DNA of 59,460 nt, the filler included, from Sphacelaria rigidula (lineage: Eukaryota): NCBI GenBank assembly GCA_964200075.2. It is 6 parts of 6 records of this genome, joined end to end, with 100 filler letters (N's around TTAATTAATTAA, not from the genome) between each part and the next. Parts side by side here need not be neighbours in the genome. Positions count along the whole stretch, not along the records: positions 19,855 to 29,681 come from CAXNAA020007675.1; positions 29,782 to 39,608 come from CAXNAA020007676.1; 4 more parts are not named here. One strand, written 5' to 3'. The translations under genes were made by a program, and so were the position numbers. Position 1 is the first letter of the stretch, and every line of letters starts with the position of its first letter. Of this stretch, positions 24,109-38,130 are shown piece after piece. The notes under the pieces were generated by a model. That model ran no database searches. It was not told the DNA's origin and was given only the letters and a program-made list of their open reading frames with translations.

Positions 24109-25530
24109 CTGTTTTCCAGCCCCCGCCCAGGAATCAAAAACAACGGTAACGGCGGCGGCAGCAGCAGCAACAACAATTGATCTGACATCTATGAAACGTT
24201 TTGGGGGGTCGGCAAGATGTCTAAGCGAGGCAGGAGAGCGGAAAACGGGGGAAAGGGGAGGGGGGTGTTGGCAGCGCGAAGGTTCTCACTACTCGAAGAA
24301 AAAAGATGAGAAAAAAAATATTTAAAAAATGCACCGGTTTAATGACCGCCTGAGACTACGGACTAAAATGAATCTCTGTCGGTCGTTAACCTGGAGGTAT
24401 TTCATTGCTGTCTATCCGAGATTGCGAGGAATCTGACGCACCAGCAGAAAAGGTGCAGAAGGCGGGAGGGTACTGCTACCTGCCGTACAGGTCATACTCT
24501 ACTCGTATGTGAGCTCCATATGACATACCGCATACAAAAACATTTTCCACAGCCCACGGGCATAGCCGCGAAGGTGACCACCGAAGCGTTCAAGTTGCTG
24601 TGATTGTTGTTGTTCTTGCTGCTGCTGCTGCTGCTGCTGTTCTTGTCTGCATATTAGAGAAGCAGTTCCCATGTCTGTGCAGTACCTCTTACTTTCGTAC
24701 AGGACATCTGATGCGGAAGACTCTCGTGGTTACAGGCTAACCATCCAAATAAATAAATAAATACATAAATGTATATATATATGAATATATAATTAATCAA
24801 CTGATAAATGAACTAAAGATTGTTTCAGGATGGATGGTTGGATGGTTGGTTGGATTTTATTTTTTGGACAAGGGAAAGACAGTATAAAACTCATGAAAAC
24901 CAACACAAACGCGATTTGAAAAAGAAAAGAGAGGAAAATTCCTCATAATATCCGATGCAGGCGATGATGGCATCAGGGCCCATGGAGATAAAGCCCAACG
25001 TTCTCACTCGACGCACGAAGCCAAGCCAAAATAGACCCAAAATCAAGACCAATAGATCACTTACGACTGCACCAAAAACGTATGGCTCTATCCCTGTACC
25101 TTAACTAGGCCGAGTTATATTACCCGCCGATGTTACGCCGGCTATCCCCTTTCCCCACCCATGTTTAAACATGCGTGGGGGGTCTCACAACACCAGGGCA
25201 CGCACACGATGGTACACGTACAGTTCACCCCAAGGAAAATCCGCTGTATCCTACATTCCTGTCATGCTGGGATATTCCGTAACGGGTTTTCAGCGGCCAA
25301 GTACATCCCAGCCGTCAGCAATCTATACGAAATACGATATACTAGACATAACAAGGAGGACATCATAAAACAACGCGCCACATCGGGGGGACGGTGCAGT
25401 GAAAGGAAGAAATCGACAAGAAAACAAAAAAAAAACGTGTGGAAAAATGAATGACTGGTGACAAGAGAATGATCCTCAGAATATAGCGTGCATACTATAA
25501 TGCACGAGCCCGGCGCTATCTTCGGGTTTG

Positions 25531-25561
<31 letters not shown>

Positions 25562-26307
25562 TTTCTTGTACTTGAGGTTAACGTATACTCCTGTAAGCCA
25601 ACAGTCGCCAACTTGACCACGCTTCCCATGCATGCAAGGGATTCACAGTTACTACTCCCCGAAGGCCGTGCTTTGCTGTGCTGCAGAAGGGGACACAACA
25701 TCACAATTCTCACTCCCTACGAGCACCTAGCTCTATCGTGTCGGAGTAGCGTATTGGTACATCAGTATACCAATAAGAAACAAAAAGGGGAGGAAGCGAA
25801 GGTATGTATTCGCTCCTATATTATCAGTTGTGTGCAGAGAGAGTCGCTTACCTCCTGGCTTTCCCCCCCCCCCCCAGAAAAAAAACGTGCTCATGCCATA
25901 CAAGAACACGAACAGATACTTGGAAGTACATGGAGAGCACGTTCCTGAGGTTCCTTGAGTTCCGTGATTCCGATCCCCTAGACAACATCCCAAAGAAATC
26001 ATTCCCTAGAACCAGCAGCTCGTTAGATGTTCGTTAGACACCATTCCCTAGGCGCTTCCTCTCTGGGGTTTGCAAATAGTGTGTACTCCTGTAGCTATAA
26101 TGGAGCACCGACACAGCGCCCACGCAGGTACCAGAATTTCGTGGGATCGTACTGTCCTGGAACGTTTTCTTGTGCATGTTGTTCTTGTTTTCCATCGTAT
26201 TTTGTTATTATTTTTTTTAATTATTAATTTCATCATTGTTGTCGTCATCATCATTACTATTTGATCATAATGATGATAATGGTAATCATAAATGGTAGTA
26301 AGAACGC

Positions 26308-26342
<35 letters not shown>

Positions 26343-26373
26343 GATTAGTAGTAGTAGTAGTAGTAGTAGTAGT
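26308..26373. repeat. Compound microsatellite (CAA)n-(TAG)n
   Basis: Read directly. Other SSRs: (AG)n 23229-23266 and 27717-27762, (CAA)n about 23617-23658, (GTT)n 49491-49534. Confidence 0.9.
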
Positions 26374-26481
26374 AATCACAGTTAATGATAACAACAACCT
26401 AAGAATAAAAGTGGACGATGACAATAACCAAAAAACAACAGTAGCTAATGACAAGGTCCAAATAGCAGTACTAAAACTCGC

Positions 26482-26645
26482 CTGGCCTGAAGCATGGTGT
26501 CCTTGAGGTACTTGCACAAAAAGTACGAGTTGCACCCGGGAATGGAGGCGCCCGGCTTGAGCTTCTTCTTCTTTACCGCGTCCGCCATTCGCATGAAGAA
26601 CTGAGACATCTCGGTCAAGGACAGGTTGATCTTCATGCCTTGGTT
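26482..26645 (-). CDS. Kinesin exon (helix a4-a5: KINLSL...YFLCKYLKDTML), ending at a GC donor
   Basis: ACCAG| phase 0; 164 nt; AG|GCGAGT phase 2. Confidence 0.9.
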
Positions 26646-26910
26646 CTGGTACACGTACATGATTCATGTGAGAAAAAAAGTACTAACGTTTTTTTTTGGT
26701 CAAGTCATCTTTCCCCCAAGGAGCAACGGCTGGCGACCTCAAACACCCACAGGAAACGAGTGGGCGGGAGGGAGGATGAGGCAAGGGGGGGGAGGGGGGG
26801 GGGGGGGGGGGGGGGGGGAAAAACGGAGGAGGGGAGGGGGGGAGGCAAGGTGGAGGAGAATGGGGGCATCTNNNNNNNNNNGAGGGGGGGGGGGGGGGGT
26901 GGAGCTGCTA

Positions 26911-26947
<37 letters not shown>

Positions 26948-27713
26948 ATAGGGGAACAAACCAACTGAAGGCAGGGGTAGCACTCGTTTCGGGATTATCT
27001 TCGCAGTTCCATACGCACGTGCATTATTACAATTAAATTTGTGGGTACGTGATGTATTCAATATACGGAGGATAAAGAGTTGCAACACTGCACGAGTCAG
27101 GAGGTGAACTCTTCGCGAATCTTTTCATTTTGAGTATTTATTCCGTCAATATGCACTTTTAAGTCAAGTGTATCCACATAGAAAAAGGGAAACGGGGGTA
27201 AGTTGTCTATGGTCGGACAAACGTCGTCGAACGGCCCGGACACTTTTCGGAGGTGAACACCCCCCCCCCCCCCCCCCGATTCGCACCCCTCACTGTCTTG
27301 ATACCTTGTTCCCCATCCCTGTTCGGATTATTTGTCACACTATAGTTGTTCCTGCATATGCCATTACCTCAGCCCCATTACTATCAGTTCTCTTCACGTC
27401 CCGGTTTTGTCCTGCAACACCTAGCATATCACTTGTTATCAGCTCATCTTCACACCTCGAGACGCATCACACGTCCCGTGCATCCTCACAAAAATAGAAT
27501 ATCCCGCTCGTGTGTCCACAGTGTAGGTTATCTAAGAGTGCACCCGCCATCGGGGGGTCCCCCTTTTTATGAAAGGTCCCGGTCTACGACTATCACCGTG
27601 GGCTTGCTCCGGAAGTAGAAAACAGCCACAACAACAAACAACGACAACAAGAGAAAAAAAATACAAGAACAAGGAGGAAGAAAAAAGAAAATCATTAAAA
27701 TATAAAGGAAGTG

Positions 27714-27767
<54 letters not shown>

Positions 27768-27807
27768 GGAGAAAAAATAAAAAAATAAAAAAACATATCG
27801 TACGCAC

Positions 27808-28044
27808 CTGCAGCTCCTTCGTTTTGCGGTCGTCCTCGTGCGGACCGAGATATGTGTGCTCGATGTCACCGTCAGGAAACACCTTCTTCTCGTACTTGGC
27901 GAAGACGATGTCCCCCGCCGGCTCGGTTCCCGCTAAGTCGCACACGTACACCCTGCCCTTCTGCTTCATTCCGGCCATGTCCGGGTGCGGCATTTCCACC
28001 TCGAGGGTCATGATGCAGTGACCCCGAGTGGACTGGTGGTTGAA
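27808..28044 (-). CDS. Kinesin motor-domain exon (switch I NHQSTRGH, switch II DLAGTE)
   Basis: TTTTTCAG| ... CAG|GTGCGT; 237 nt; encodes FNHQSTRGHCIMTLEV...VYVCDLAGTEP. Confidence 0.93.
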
Positions 28045-29681
28045 CTGAAAAATATTGTACAAGATGACAGGAGCGTATGTCGAGAGCCCAGGAAGGGGAA
28101 GGGCGGGGCAACGGGTAAAGGAGCACACCGCCAGCGACGAGGAAGGGGGAGGGGGCGCTGTTCATGAGGTCTACCGTCGTTGTAGTAGGTGCATGACAGA
28201 GGCCACGTCCCGGCAGTCCAACTTATCTCACAGGGACCGGGTGAGGTCGGAGTCATGCTAAGATTGGGAGGGGGGAGTGGTGTTCGGTTCCACGAAAAAC
28301 ATTGTGCTCGTAGATGCGTCAAATGACCTAAAGCACTCGCGGCGCGCTTGTATTTGTGTAAAAGCGGTGTAAAGCAGTATGAATGAGCGTTCTTCATCGG
28401 GAGCCAGCGCATTGAAGTGGAATTTCGTGGGAAAAAACAGCCCAAAGTACAGCCTCCCCCCCCTCCTATCTTAGCCTGACTCGTCGGAAGAATGCGAGTA
28501 AGTCCTGATCCCGCCAGGTGCACAGGGATGTTTGTCTGAGAGATGATCTATCTGACTGCCTCCGTCGTCAAAGACATGGGGACGCGAGCAGCGAAGAAAG
28601 TTCAGTCGGCAGGAGTCGACGCGGTGCAAAGGTCGAGTACTGGTGATGATCAAATCCGCGATGCCAATATGTAAGGCGGTGTACCGGGGAAGATATGGCT
28701 TTTTAATGGTCCCTTGTGACCTCACGGACTCGTCATTGTGACCCCACGGACCTCATCCGTCTAGAGAAAGGGGGGGTGTACTCATGATCATGCATGCCAT
28801 AGTCGTAAGACCATTGACCTCGCATCCCTACAATGCCGGNNNNNNNNNNGGACCAGGCCCGCACTCATACCACCAAGCGCGAAGCGCCGTGATGTGATCG
28901 ACGAGTCGCATGAAGGGTGAGCTGCATCCCGCCAAGATTGTTCGGCCCGAAGCGAACTGATCACCTTGCATTTGGATGACATCCTGCAATGAGTTGCTTT
29001 ATTGTCTGGTATCGCCACTTCCTGAGACAGTCACGGCTTACACACTGCCTCATGGGTGCCTCACGTCTAGAGGAAGGGGCGGGCTTTGAGGTATTGCGAA
29101 AAGAGGGACCAAAGAAAAAATAAAATGCAGATAATGTTACAAGTTTGTGTGGATAATTATGTTGGTTTCTTTCTCTTCTTTTTTTGTGGAACGTCGAGTT
29201 CGACCCGTGTACAACTACTATATAGTAGCCATGTATGTATGTATGTATGTATGTCGAGGTACGAATAGATCATGTGGAGGCAGACCCTTGGAAACAAAAA
29301 GAAAAACAAGATTTTTGGTCCCGCACTGCCCTACCCACAATACACCGTACGTAGGAAAATAGTGTATTTCATCATTCATACTTTGAAGTGTCACCCTCTC
29401 TAGATTATTTTGTGCGGGGTGGGAGAATCTCAAATCCGCGCAAAGGGGATGATCGAAACACGTAGTGTTTATATGGTGAGACACGCATGAGGCAGTGAAA
29501 ACCCGTGGTTGTGTCTGGAAGTGGCGATACCAGAAAACGAAGCAACTCCTTCGAGGCTGCCATCCAAAAGCAACATAATGGATGTGCTTCGGGCCGAACA
29601 ATCTTGCATCCAAATGTAAGATAATCAGTAGGCTTCGGGCCAAACAATCTTAGCAGGATGCAGCTCACCCTTCATGCGACT

Positions 29682-29781
29682 NNNNNNNNNNNNNNNNNNN
29701 NNNNNNNNNNNNNNNNNNNNNNNNNTTAATTAATTAANNNNNNNNNNNNNNNNNNNNNNNNNNNNNNNNNNNNNNNNNNNN
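29682..29781. other. Artificial contig linker
   Basis: 44N-TTAATTAATTAA-44N. Confidence 0.98.
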
Positions 29782-29914
29782 GCTTTGTAGGGATGCGAGG
29801 TCAATGGTCTGGTGACTATGGCAGGCATGATCATGAGTACACCCCCCCCCCCTCCCCCGTGGCAATGATCTTATGACTATGGCATGCATTATTACGAGTA
29901 CACCCCCTCCGTGG

Positions 29915-32020
29915 CTGGAAATAATTGCAGAGATATGAAGTAAAGGAGTGCGTAGCTAAACTCAGGAACAAAAAGGCAGCAGGGGCAGACGGAATAGTGA
30001 ATGAATATCTGAAGCATGGGGGGGGAAGGAACGATTACCATGATGGTTATGCTGTACGACTGGATACGGGAAAACGAGTACACGCCCCAAGAGGTGGAGA
30101 GAAGGAGCAGTCGTCAATCTTTTCAAAAAAGTAGACAAGGCTGACGCACGAAACTATAGAGGGATAACGCTACTGAGCACGGTAGGGAAAACGTTCTGCA
30201 AGATTCTGAATGATGGAGTAGGAACGATGCTAGAAAAGGACGAAAAAATCAGCGAGGGACAAGCAGGTTTCAGACCAAATCGTAGTTGCGTAGATGATGT
30301 GTACACACTAGGTAAGATTAACCAAGGTGGGAAAGACGCCGGGCTGACAACGTACTGTTTCTCTCTGGACGTGCAAGAGGCTTATGATATTGTATGGAGA
30401 GATGGGCTGTGGAAAAAGTGGTGGGAAACTGGGATCAGAGGAAAGATGTGAAGAATGATGAACAAGATGACAGAATGTGCCAAAGGTGCCATGATGCTAG
30501 ACGGAGAAATATCCAAATTCTGTAATATTTTACAAGGAGTTGCACAAGGATGTACGTTACCACCCACTTTGTTCAAGGTATTCATTAATGACTCGATAAT
30601 AGCAATAGAAGCAGCAAAGCAAGGAGTCAAGGTGGGTCAAGATGTGATATCAGGTTTGATGTTCGCAGATGATTTCGTGGGGATTTCAGGAAGAGCAGAA
30701 GGATTGCAAAAACAATCAGACAAGCCGCTAGAATACACTACGGAAATGGAGAGTGACGGTGAATGTCAACAAATGCGCGGTACTCGTCTGTAACGAAAAT
30801 AAGGAAAATCCGGTGGAGTTCAAGTGGAAGTGGGGAGAAAAGGAACTGCCGGTCATAAACCAGTATACATACCTTGGCGTAGAGATCTCGAAACACTGTT
30901 TTTGGGACGCACACATAAATAAAGGAATAGAAAAGGCACAGATATAAAGGGTGGACGTGGTCCTCAGAGACCCGCGGCTGGACACTGTAGGATCAAGAGA
31001 TGTATCCTGATGAACGTGATCGTACCAATACTGGAATATGCAGGAGGAGTATGGGAGGGGAACGTGAAATTGGTGAAGAACTTAGAAACAGTACAGATGG
31101 CAGCAGCTAAGAAGATACTTGGATGCTCGAAAACGACAAGTAATACAGTTTTGAGAGTAGAGTTGGGAATGTGCTCACTCATAACAAACAGAGACATGAG
31201 GAAATTACGGTGGCATTATAGCGTAAAGAACATGCAGAGAGAGAGAGAGAGATTGCCAGCTATAGTTGATAAGGTTGTATCGAAAAAAAGTACGAAAGGA
31301 CATGCTATAAGATCGGATAAAGAAGTCGAGAAAGTATAGAAGGAGATAGGAGGAAACCAAGACGAAATACTGTCCATAGGTGAAGGCGCGGAGTACGAGA
31401 CAAAAGTAAGAGACACGGTGTGAATAAGGGGGAAATGAGCGCTCAGACACAAGGTAGACAACGAAGAACACCTCAAGATATACGAGGGGTTGAGACAGGG
31501 GATTGGGATAAAAAATTATCTGCATGGTCCCATCGACGCGGCGAGAAATATGAAACTGCGATTTCGGATGGGGGACCTGGACCTGCCAGAAAGAAGGAAG
31601 AGATATACCAGTAGTCGTGTGGAGGAGGAAGTAGATGGACAGAATTGACCCTATGGCAAAGCAATAGAGAGCAGAAGTCATGTAGTGGCAAGATGTGAGC
31701 TATGCAAGGAGGAACGGGACGTGCTAGAGGGGGAAATACAGGGCGTGAACGAAGGTAGCATGGAATTGTTTGATGCATTAGACAGTAGGGAGAAAACGAT
31801 GGTCATACTAGAAGATAGATGGTGGCCACAGACGGCGAAACAGGACGGGGATACGATATGTAAAAGGTTATTGTGTAAGGTATGGAAGGAACGTAATGGG
31901 TACCGAAACGTTGGAAGTGTCCAAATTAGGAGTAGGAACGGTGCTCCGTCTCGAAAGGGATGCGGGGTCAATGGTCAAACGACTAAGGCAAGCAAAAGAT
32001 GAGTACGCCCTCCCCCCCCT
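29915..32020 (+). mobile_element. 5'-truncated non-LTR retrotransposon (LINE) with pseudogenised reverse transcriptase and C-terminal CCHC-like motif
   Basis: Motifs KAAGADGI, NYRGITLLS, QAGFRPNRSC, LDVQEAYD, GVAQGCTLPPTLF, GLMFADD and YTYLGVEI, with stops and frameshifts. Ends in the family tail. Confidence 0.95.
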
Positions 32021-32867
32021 GCCCCGGAATCAAGTAGACATGAAACGAGGCGGGAAGTCTGGCAACAAACACGAACAAGACCACTGGACGATTGGAGGTG
32101 GATCAACCCATTGACTGCAAAGCATTTCGGGGATCTCCACTGCTGGAGCACCGATACATGAAATTGAGATGAAATAAAGAATCCGTGACAACAAACATCA
32201 TCCCCTTCCATCCCTCATGCATTTATTTTTCGCACTAATCCCTGCCTCCCGTTGTACCCCTCCCCCGAGGTGTTTTCTTCTTTTGTGTGCCTAGTATACT
32301 CGTACGTATGACCGCCCCTCTAGAGGTACAAGGACAGAACCATGAGATTCTTATTTCCGTCTCGCTAGTGCCCTCTGGTTCCTGAGTTTGGCTGCATTTT
32401 TGCCTGGCCTCGTGTGTTGGGTGGGAACATTGGGATCTGCCTCCAGTAGTTCGAATGGTCGTGTGCTCCCCCGGAAAATATGAGGACAGCAGTATTTGTT
32501 TTATTTTGTATCGCGCCTGTGTGAACGTCCTTGGGTCATGTTTTTTTTTTTTTTTCATTTCAACTCATTTTGGGTAGTTAGCCTGTGACCACGGAAGGCG
32601 TCCGCATTAGATGCCCAGTTTGGAGTACTATGCAGATATCGAGACGGTTGTTACTGTGCAGACAGTAACAGCAAAAGAAACATCAACATCAACAATACCA
32701 ACACCAACACCATCAACATAGTTGGCTTGGTGGGACACAAAACGAACCTCATGTTGAGAAAAACGGTTAAAGACACAAAACAAAACAACACAGTACGAGC
32801 GCACAAAAAACGCGGGAACATAACACTAGAAAAAACAATTTGTGGGACACAACACGTCAGCACTCAC

Positions 32868-35800
32868 CATGTCATAAATTCCCACTCCCTCGCGTCCACC
32901 GCGACCTCCAAGAGCTTCGGCCACCACTGCCGCATGAATTCCACCATCGCCGCTGACGCCAGCACTCCCCCCGTCGCTGCCTCCCCCTCAGGAACACCCC
33001 CCGAGTCTTCCTCAATAGCGTCATCTTTGTCCCGCAATGTTGTCGGCGGTGGCAATGACATTGCACAAGCACCGGCACCAGCAGGGGTGCTGGCTCTGTC
33101 GCCGCGGCCGCCCAATTTCGTTGCGGAAGAAGGAAGCTCCGGCAGCAACGCTCGCGCCGTTGCCTCCATCCTCATGCGGCGCACGTTTTCAACAGCAGTG
33201 GCGGGGGTGCCCACAGCAACCGGCGCTCGACTGTAACGTGATGATTGCGCCATCGCGGTAGAACTAGAAAGAATCGACGGAGGACAAGGATCTTCAAGAT
33301 GAGGCTCTGACTCCCAGGCACCGAGCATGTTTGCAAGGGCGTACAGATGCCGTGCCACTTCCCCCGGAGAGCCATCGCCGCCGCCGCCGCCGCCGCCGGT
33401 GACGCGGGACACCAAGGACTGCATGAACATAGATCTTTTCGGCCAAGATTCGACATCTTGCGGTGCGACGCGAAGAGAGAAATTCTCCATGGCGAGCTCT
33501 GCTACGCGGAGGAACGAGAGAGATGGCGGGGGGGGAGAAGGGGAGGATTTGCGTTCGACATGTCCGCCTTGGCCGCTGTTGCCTGAATAGCCCCCGCTGT
33601 CACCACCACCCCCACGATCGCCGTGGCCTCCTTCGCCCCAGTTTTCATTGTCGTCCTCACCGTTATCCGTGTTGTTGACTTCAACGGTCGAGCCATCGAC
33701 ACGGGTGGTGCCGAATAAGCTCGAGTGGCTCGTTGTCGGTGGACCACCGCTGGGTCGGCCGACCCCCGCAGAGTAATCGATCGTCTTGAGCAAGGTCACC
33801 ACCTCGGCCCGAGCTCGGTAGACCGCAGCAGCGCCGGCACCGCCGTCGACCGTCCCTCCCAAGACCCCAATGTACCCATCATCATCTCCTCTGCTAAACG
33901 ATTCCAGGGATGAGCCAATTATCCCCCAGGCTCTCATAGACGCTGGCGTCACATCGTCGACGGCGGATGATGAGCCATCGCGAGACAAAGGGCGATCACC
34001 GGCGCCGCCGATGCTTGCTGCCACGGGTGCAGGCGTTGTGGCCGCGATGCATATCGCGCGAAGCTGGTGCAAAGCCAGTGCTCGGTCTTCTTGCGCACCA
34101 CAAACCAACCGACCAAGTAACGCCGACGTGGCCGTTGCGTACACGGTGGACGGGTCCAAAAGGTGGTGGCGTGGTAATTCATCGCCATGAACCTCGTTGA
34201 GCACGGCTGCTGAAGCACCATTGCCTTCACTGTTGCTCCTCGCCGCTTGCGTGGCCGGCAGTAGTCCAAGGGCGGCCTGCATCGACGAGCACACAGCCTC
34301 CACTGCGGTGGGAGTTCCCCCCATCTCCACCATTCCCATCACGGCTTCTGCCGCAGCCTTCTCAGCTGAAGTATACGCACCACCCATCTCAACTCTGCCC
34401 CCCGTACCATTCACGCCACCGCCGTTGACACCAGGCAATGGCTTGGGACCCCGAAGCGTGAGCACCCATGCCCCTTCAAGTGCCAGGCGCGTCTGCCCGC
34501 CGATAGGCGCAGCATCTAAGGCACGCAACAAGGCACCCAGTTGGGTAAGCCGCTCGTCTGCGGCGGCAGTAGAAGTAGTACCGGCTGCAGCGGCCTCTCC
34601 ACCGACCACTGTACCCTTCCCTGCCGCAAGGGCTGCCAGACCGTCGGCCAAAATTCTGCGACGACAACGAACCGTGAGCCGCAGGGGCTCCATCATGTCT
34701 GGAAATGGCGGTGCGGAAGATGAGAGGGGCAGCGGCGGCGATGAACCCGAAGCGCTCGATTTTGCATGCCTTCGGCACGGGAAGCTGGCTAACCCGGCGC
34801 CACCCGCCGCGCCCGGCACGCAAGCGACAGTCACCGCCTCAACAAGGTCTTCCATCACCATTTTCGGCAACAGCGGGGCCACAAGATGATACACAGATGC
34901 AGAAGCTACATCCGCCTCCTCTTCCCTCTGGATGACGTCGTCAATCCCACCCGTTGCCCCACTGGTACCTCGCAGTAGCTCTAGAGCTTCTTGCGACAGT
35001 CTTCCGGTCTCCCCACACAACAAACGCTGCGCTGTGGCGAGGTACACCGCAGAGCCCGTAAGGCCAGGCACCCTCTTCGCGAGTTTCGACAGCGCCGGCG
35101 CGTGCTCAAGCTCCATGACCGAGCGCAGCTCTGCCATGACCCGGCCGCGTGCCGCCGCCAGCCCCGCTGCGCTTCGCTTTGACGGCTTCGAAGCACCAAC
35201 TCCAGCCATGCTTCCCGCCGCAGCAACCGAAGCGGCAACGCTGCTACCGGGGGGGGCGGGATCAGCGAGCGGATCAGCCAAGGGGTCGGGGCCGAGGAGA
35301 CGCTTGTAGTCAAGCCCCGGCGGTGCGGCTTTGAGCAGACGGCGAACGAGCCCACAATGAGCGCTTAGTCTTCTCTCGGCCTCGCTCTTGGGGCTCGTTA
35401 TCACGACGTCTTCCCTATCGCCTCGCGCGGTGACGGCCGCGGTGGCGGCCGTCGTCGCCCCTTCAGCCATCACCCTCAGCAACAAGTCCATATGGTGCAG
35501 GTCAGTGCCGTCAGCAAAGCGGATAAACACATCCCGCGCGATCTCCAGAGTCCCACCCCGCATGTGTGCTTCCTCGCCAAGCACCTCCAGCAACCCGCCG
35601 CCGCTAACATTCCCGTCGCTACCAGTTCTCAACTCGGCATGAATTCGAGCCGCGGCAGAAGCTGCCGTCAGACCCTCTCGCCTGAGCTTTGAGTATCCCG
35701 GGCCAAGCAGAGCGGACGTGGCAGCTGCAGCCACGCTCCATGCATCCGTGTCGTGATATTCGCGTCCGAGGGCAACGATATCACTTGCTGCCTTGCCTCC

Positions 35801-36517
35801 CGACACCTCAGAAGCTACTCGTTCAAGCTCACTCTGTCGATATTTTGCATCACCCGCGAAACGTGTGAGGTCAGTCCCCGGCAACAACGACCGCGCGCGA
35901 TCTTCGGCCGCTCCGAGGTTCGCACGCGTTCTGAACGTGGACAGCACCGAGACTAGCTCCCGCATATCCTCCTGCGACGCGGCCATCGCCGCTGGATTCT
36001 CTTCGCCAGGTTCATCCCCCTGGCTCCTGCCTGAAGTAACACCATCGACACCTGTGCCACCACTAGTACTGCCGGCGCCACCGTCACCTGTCATCCCCGA
36101 CAAGCGAGCTTGCACGTATGCCTCTAACGCACAAGACGCAACCTCGTGCGCTGCACGCGCGCCCTCTTCCCTAGCCCTATGCATTTTACCCGCGTCCACT
36201 CCATTCACTTTCTCCTTCCCCCCCGCATGTTCCAACCTGAACCTGTCGGGCCTGTCGCCCCCTAAATACCTTGTTCCTGTTGCCGCCGGCGCTTGTGTCG
36301 CGGGGGCGTGGCGGTTGGTATTACTACCGGTGGAAAATAGCCGCGCGTGCAGCGGCAAGGGGGTGTCCATGGCGGGGTCGTCGGCATGCTCGACACACCA
36401 CGCTAGAGCGGCCTCGCGGGACGAGTTTTTTGTGGCGACACACGCTCGACGGGCGCGGTTGAGAGATACGCCCATCTTGTGCAAAGCGGACACAAGGTGG
36501 GCATCCGGTTCTATTAT
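32868..36517 (-). CDS. NBAS: NBAS 3.65-kb exon: UBA domain followed by the NBAS C-terminal region; gene is 3'-incomplete
   Basis: CTCTGTATCAG|ATA. UBA LHKMGVSLNRARRAC...AALAWCVEHADD; NBAS-like GTDLTRFAGDAKYR, DGTDLHHM and PGLDYKRL. Donor TG|GTGAGT. Confidence 0.88.
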
Positions 36518-36786
36518 CTGATACAGAGAGAAAACGTCCAGTTCGACCATAGACAGGCAATGACGACAATGCGCCGTGACAAGCGGGAGGGGTAAGGATT
36601 ATCGTGAGAGTTGTGTTGTCCCAGAGCGGCACACTTGAAGTGGGATTGACTCGCTGTGCTCCCACGGCGGACGCACAAATTGGAACGGAAGGCAGCGTAA
36701 CAGTGTCCAACAGGGAACGAAATAACCGAACATCTACACTCCCGCCTAATCTCTCCATCCAACGAAAACATCACCAGTTTTCCCAC

Positions 36787-37778
36787 CTGCTCTAGCGCAA
36801 TCTCGACTACACGTCCATCCCCATTTGCTGCATCCGTCTCTCTGCTCTCTCGTAGCTCCTTTATAGTGCCTTCAGCCTCCTCGAGCAATGCCCTCAACGC
36901 TGCCAGAACCGCCCGCCCATCGGCGGCAACGAGGGCATACCCAACTCCACGCTCAATCGGCCCCACTCCGAACTCTACTCCCGGTGCGAGCACCGTACTT
37001 GTCGATACTGCGGTTCCATGTGCCGCTGCGTCTGCCTGATCTGAAACATCGCTATCGTCACTACTAGCACCGTTGGTGGGATCTTCAGATACAGGCACAG
37101 CTGAGTGCAACTCGGCTTTGGCAAGGTGCAAACATAGCACATCCAAGGCTCTGTACAGGTCGTCTACTCTTGGATCATCTGAAGTTGCGGCCACCAGCTC
37201 CGCCTCTTTCACGGCAAGCTGACGATTCGATACCACCGTCCACGCGTCCGCTCCGGCCGACGGCGAATGGGAACACTCGCCGAAAGTCCGCAAGAGAAGG
37301 AGACGGAGGGCTCCTTCCGCTGCTCGCCGGGGCGACCGCGTTCCTGCCATCTTCCGTGGTAATCCGAGGTCCGACTCCACCGTATCGTGGTCACCCGTGG
37401 ACGGTGTTTCATGGGAAGAAATGTCGCCGGTTATCCCGCTGCTAGTGAGTGCTCGCAACACCGTTGCGACCGCCTTGGGCTCCATCCCCTCCGACATCAA
37501 GGACTTCGCGAGGTGGTCCATATCATGACGTTTGACTTTCCCGCTGGTGGGGGTGAGCCCGTCGGTATCATTGATGTGGTCGCAGATGGTGCCGCCTTCG
37601 TCGCCGTTGAACGATCCAACGTCAGGTGCTGGGGTTGCAGCGACAGACTCGGACAAGAATCGAGCGGCCTCAAAATGCGACCAGGAGTCTATGAGAGGAC
37701 CGATCTGGGACGGCGAACAGCGAGAGAGAGCCTGAGCATTAAGCTCTGACGTGCGGGCAGCATCTTGGGTGTCATGTG
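36787..37778 (-). CDS. NBAS: NBAS exon
   Basis: CCATGCCAG|CA phase 1; ALSRCSPSQIGPLIDSW motif; 992 nt; CAG|GTGGGA. Confidence 0.8.
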
Positions 37779-38130
37779 CTGGCATGGGCAGCAAGTCAAC
37801 ATATAGCCACCACGCGACATCCATCAACAGAGTGGATGTTGCACGTCCACGGAAAATGCAAACGTGTGATGCAGCACGAGAGTGGGGCGGCGGCGGGCAA
37901 AGGGTATCAAGTCAACACGAAGCACGACAAAAATTGGAACAAAGCAGGGCATGGGCGGCTTCTTCATGTCATGCTTAGGACATCAGCAAAGTAAGCATGC
38001 GACACTTGAAAGTTTCACTCTCCGTTCCCCCTGAGCAGGCTCAGCAACAAACATTTTCCCATCGAGTTCTCTACAGCGGCTGCGGTGTTGTCTCTTGAGA
38101 ATCCACAAACGTCTTTCGATACTTTCTCAC

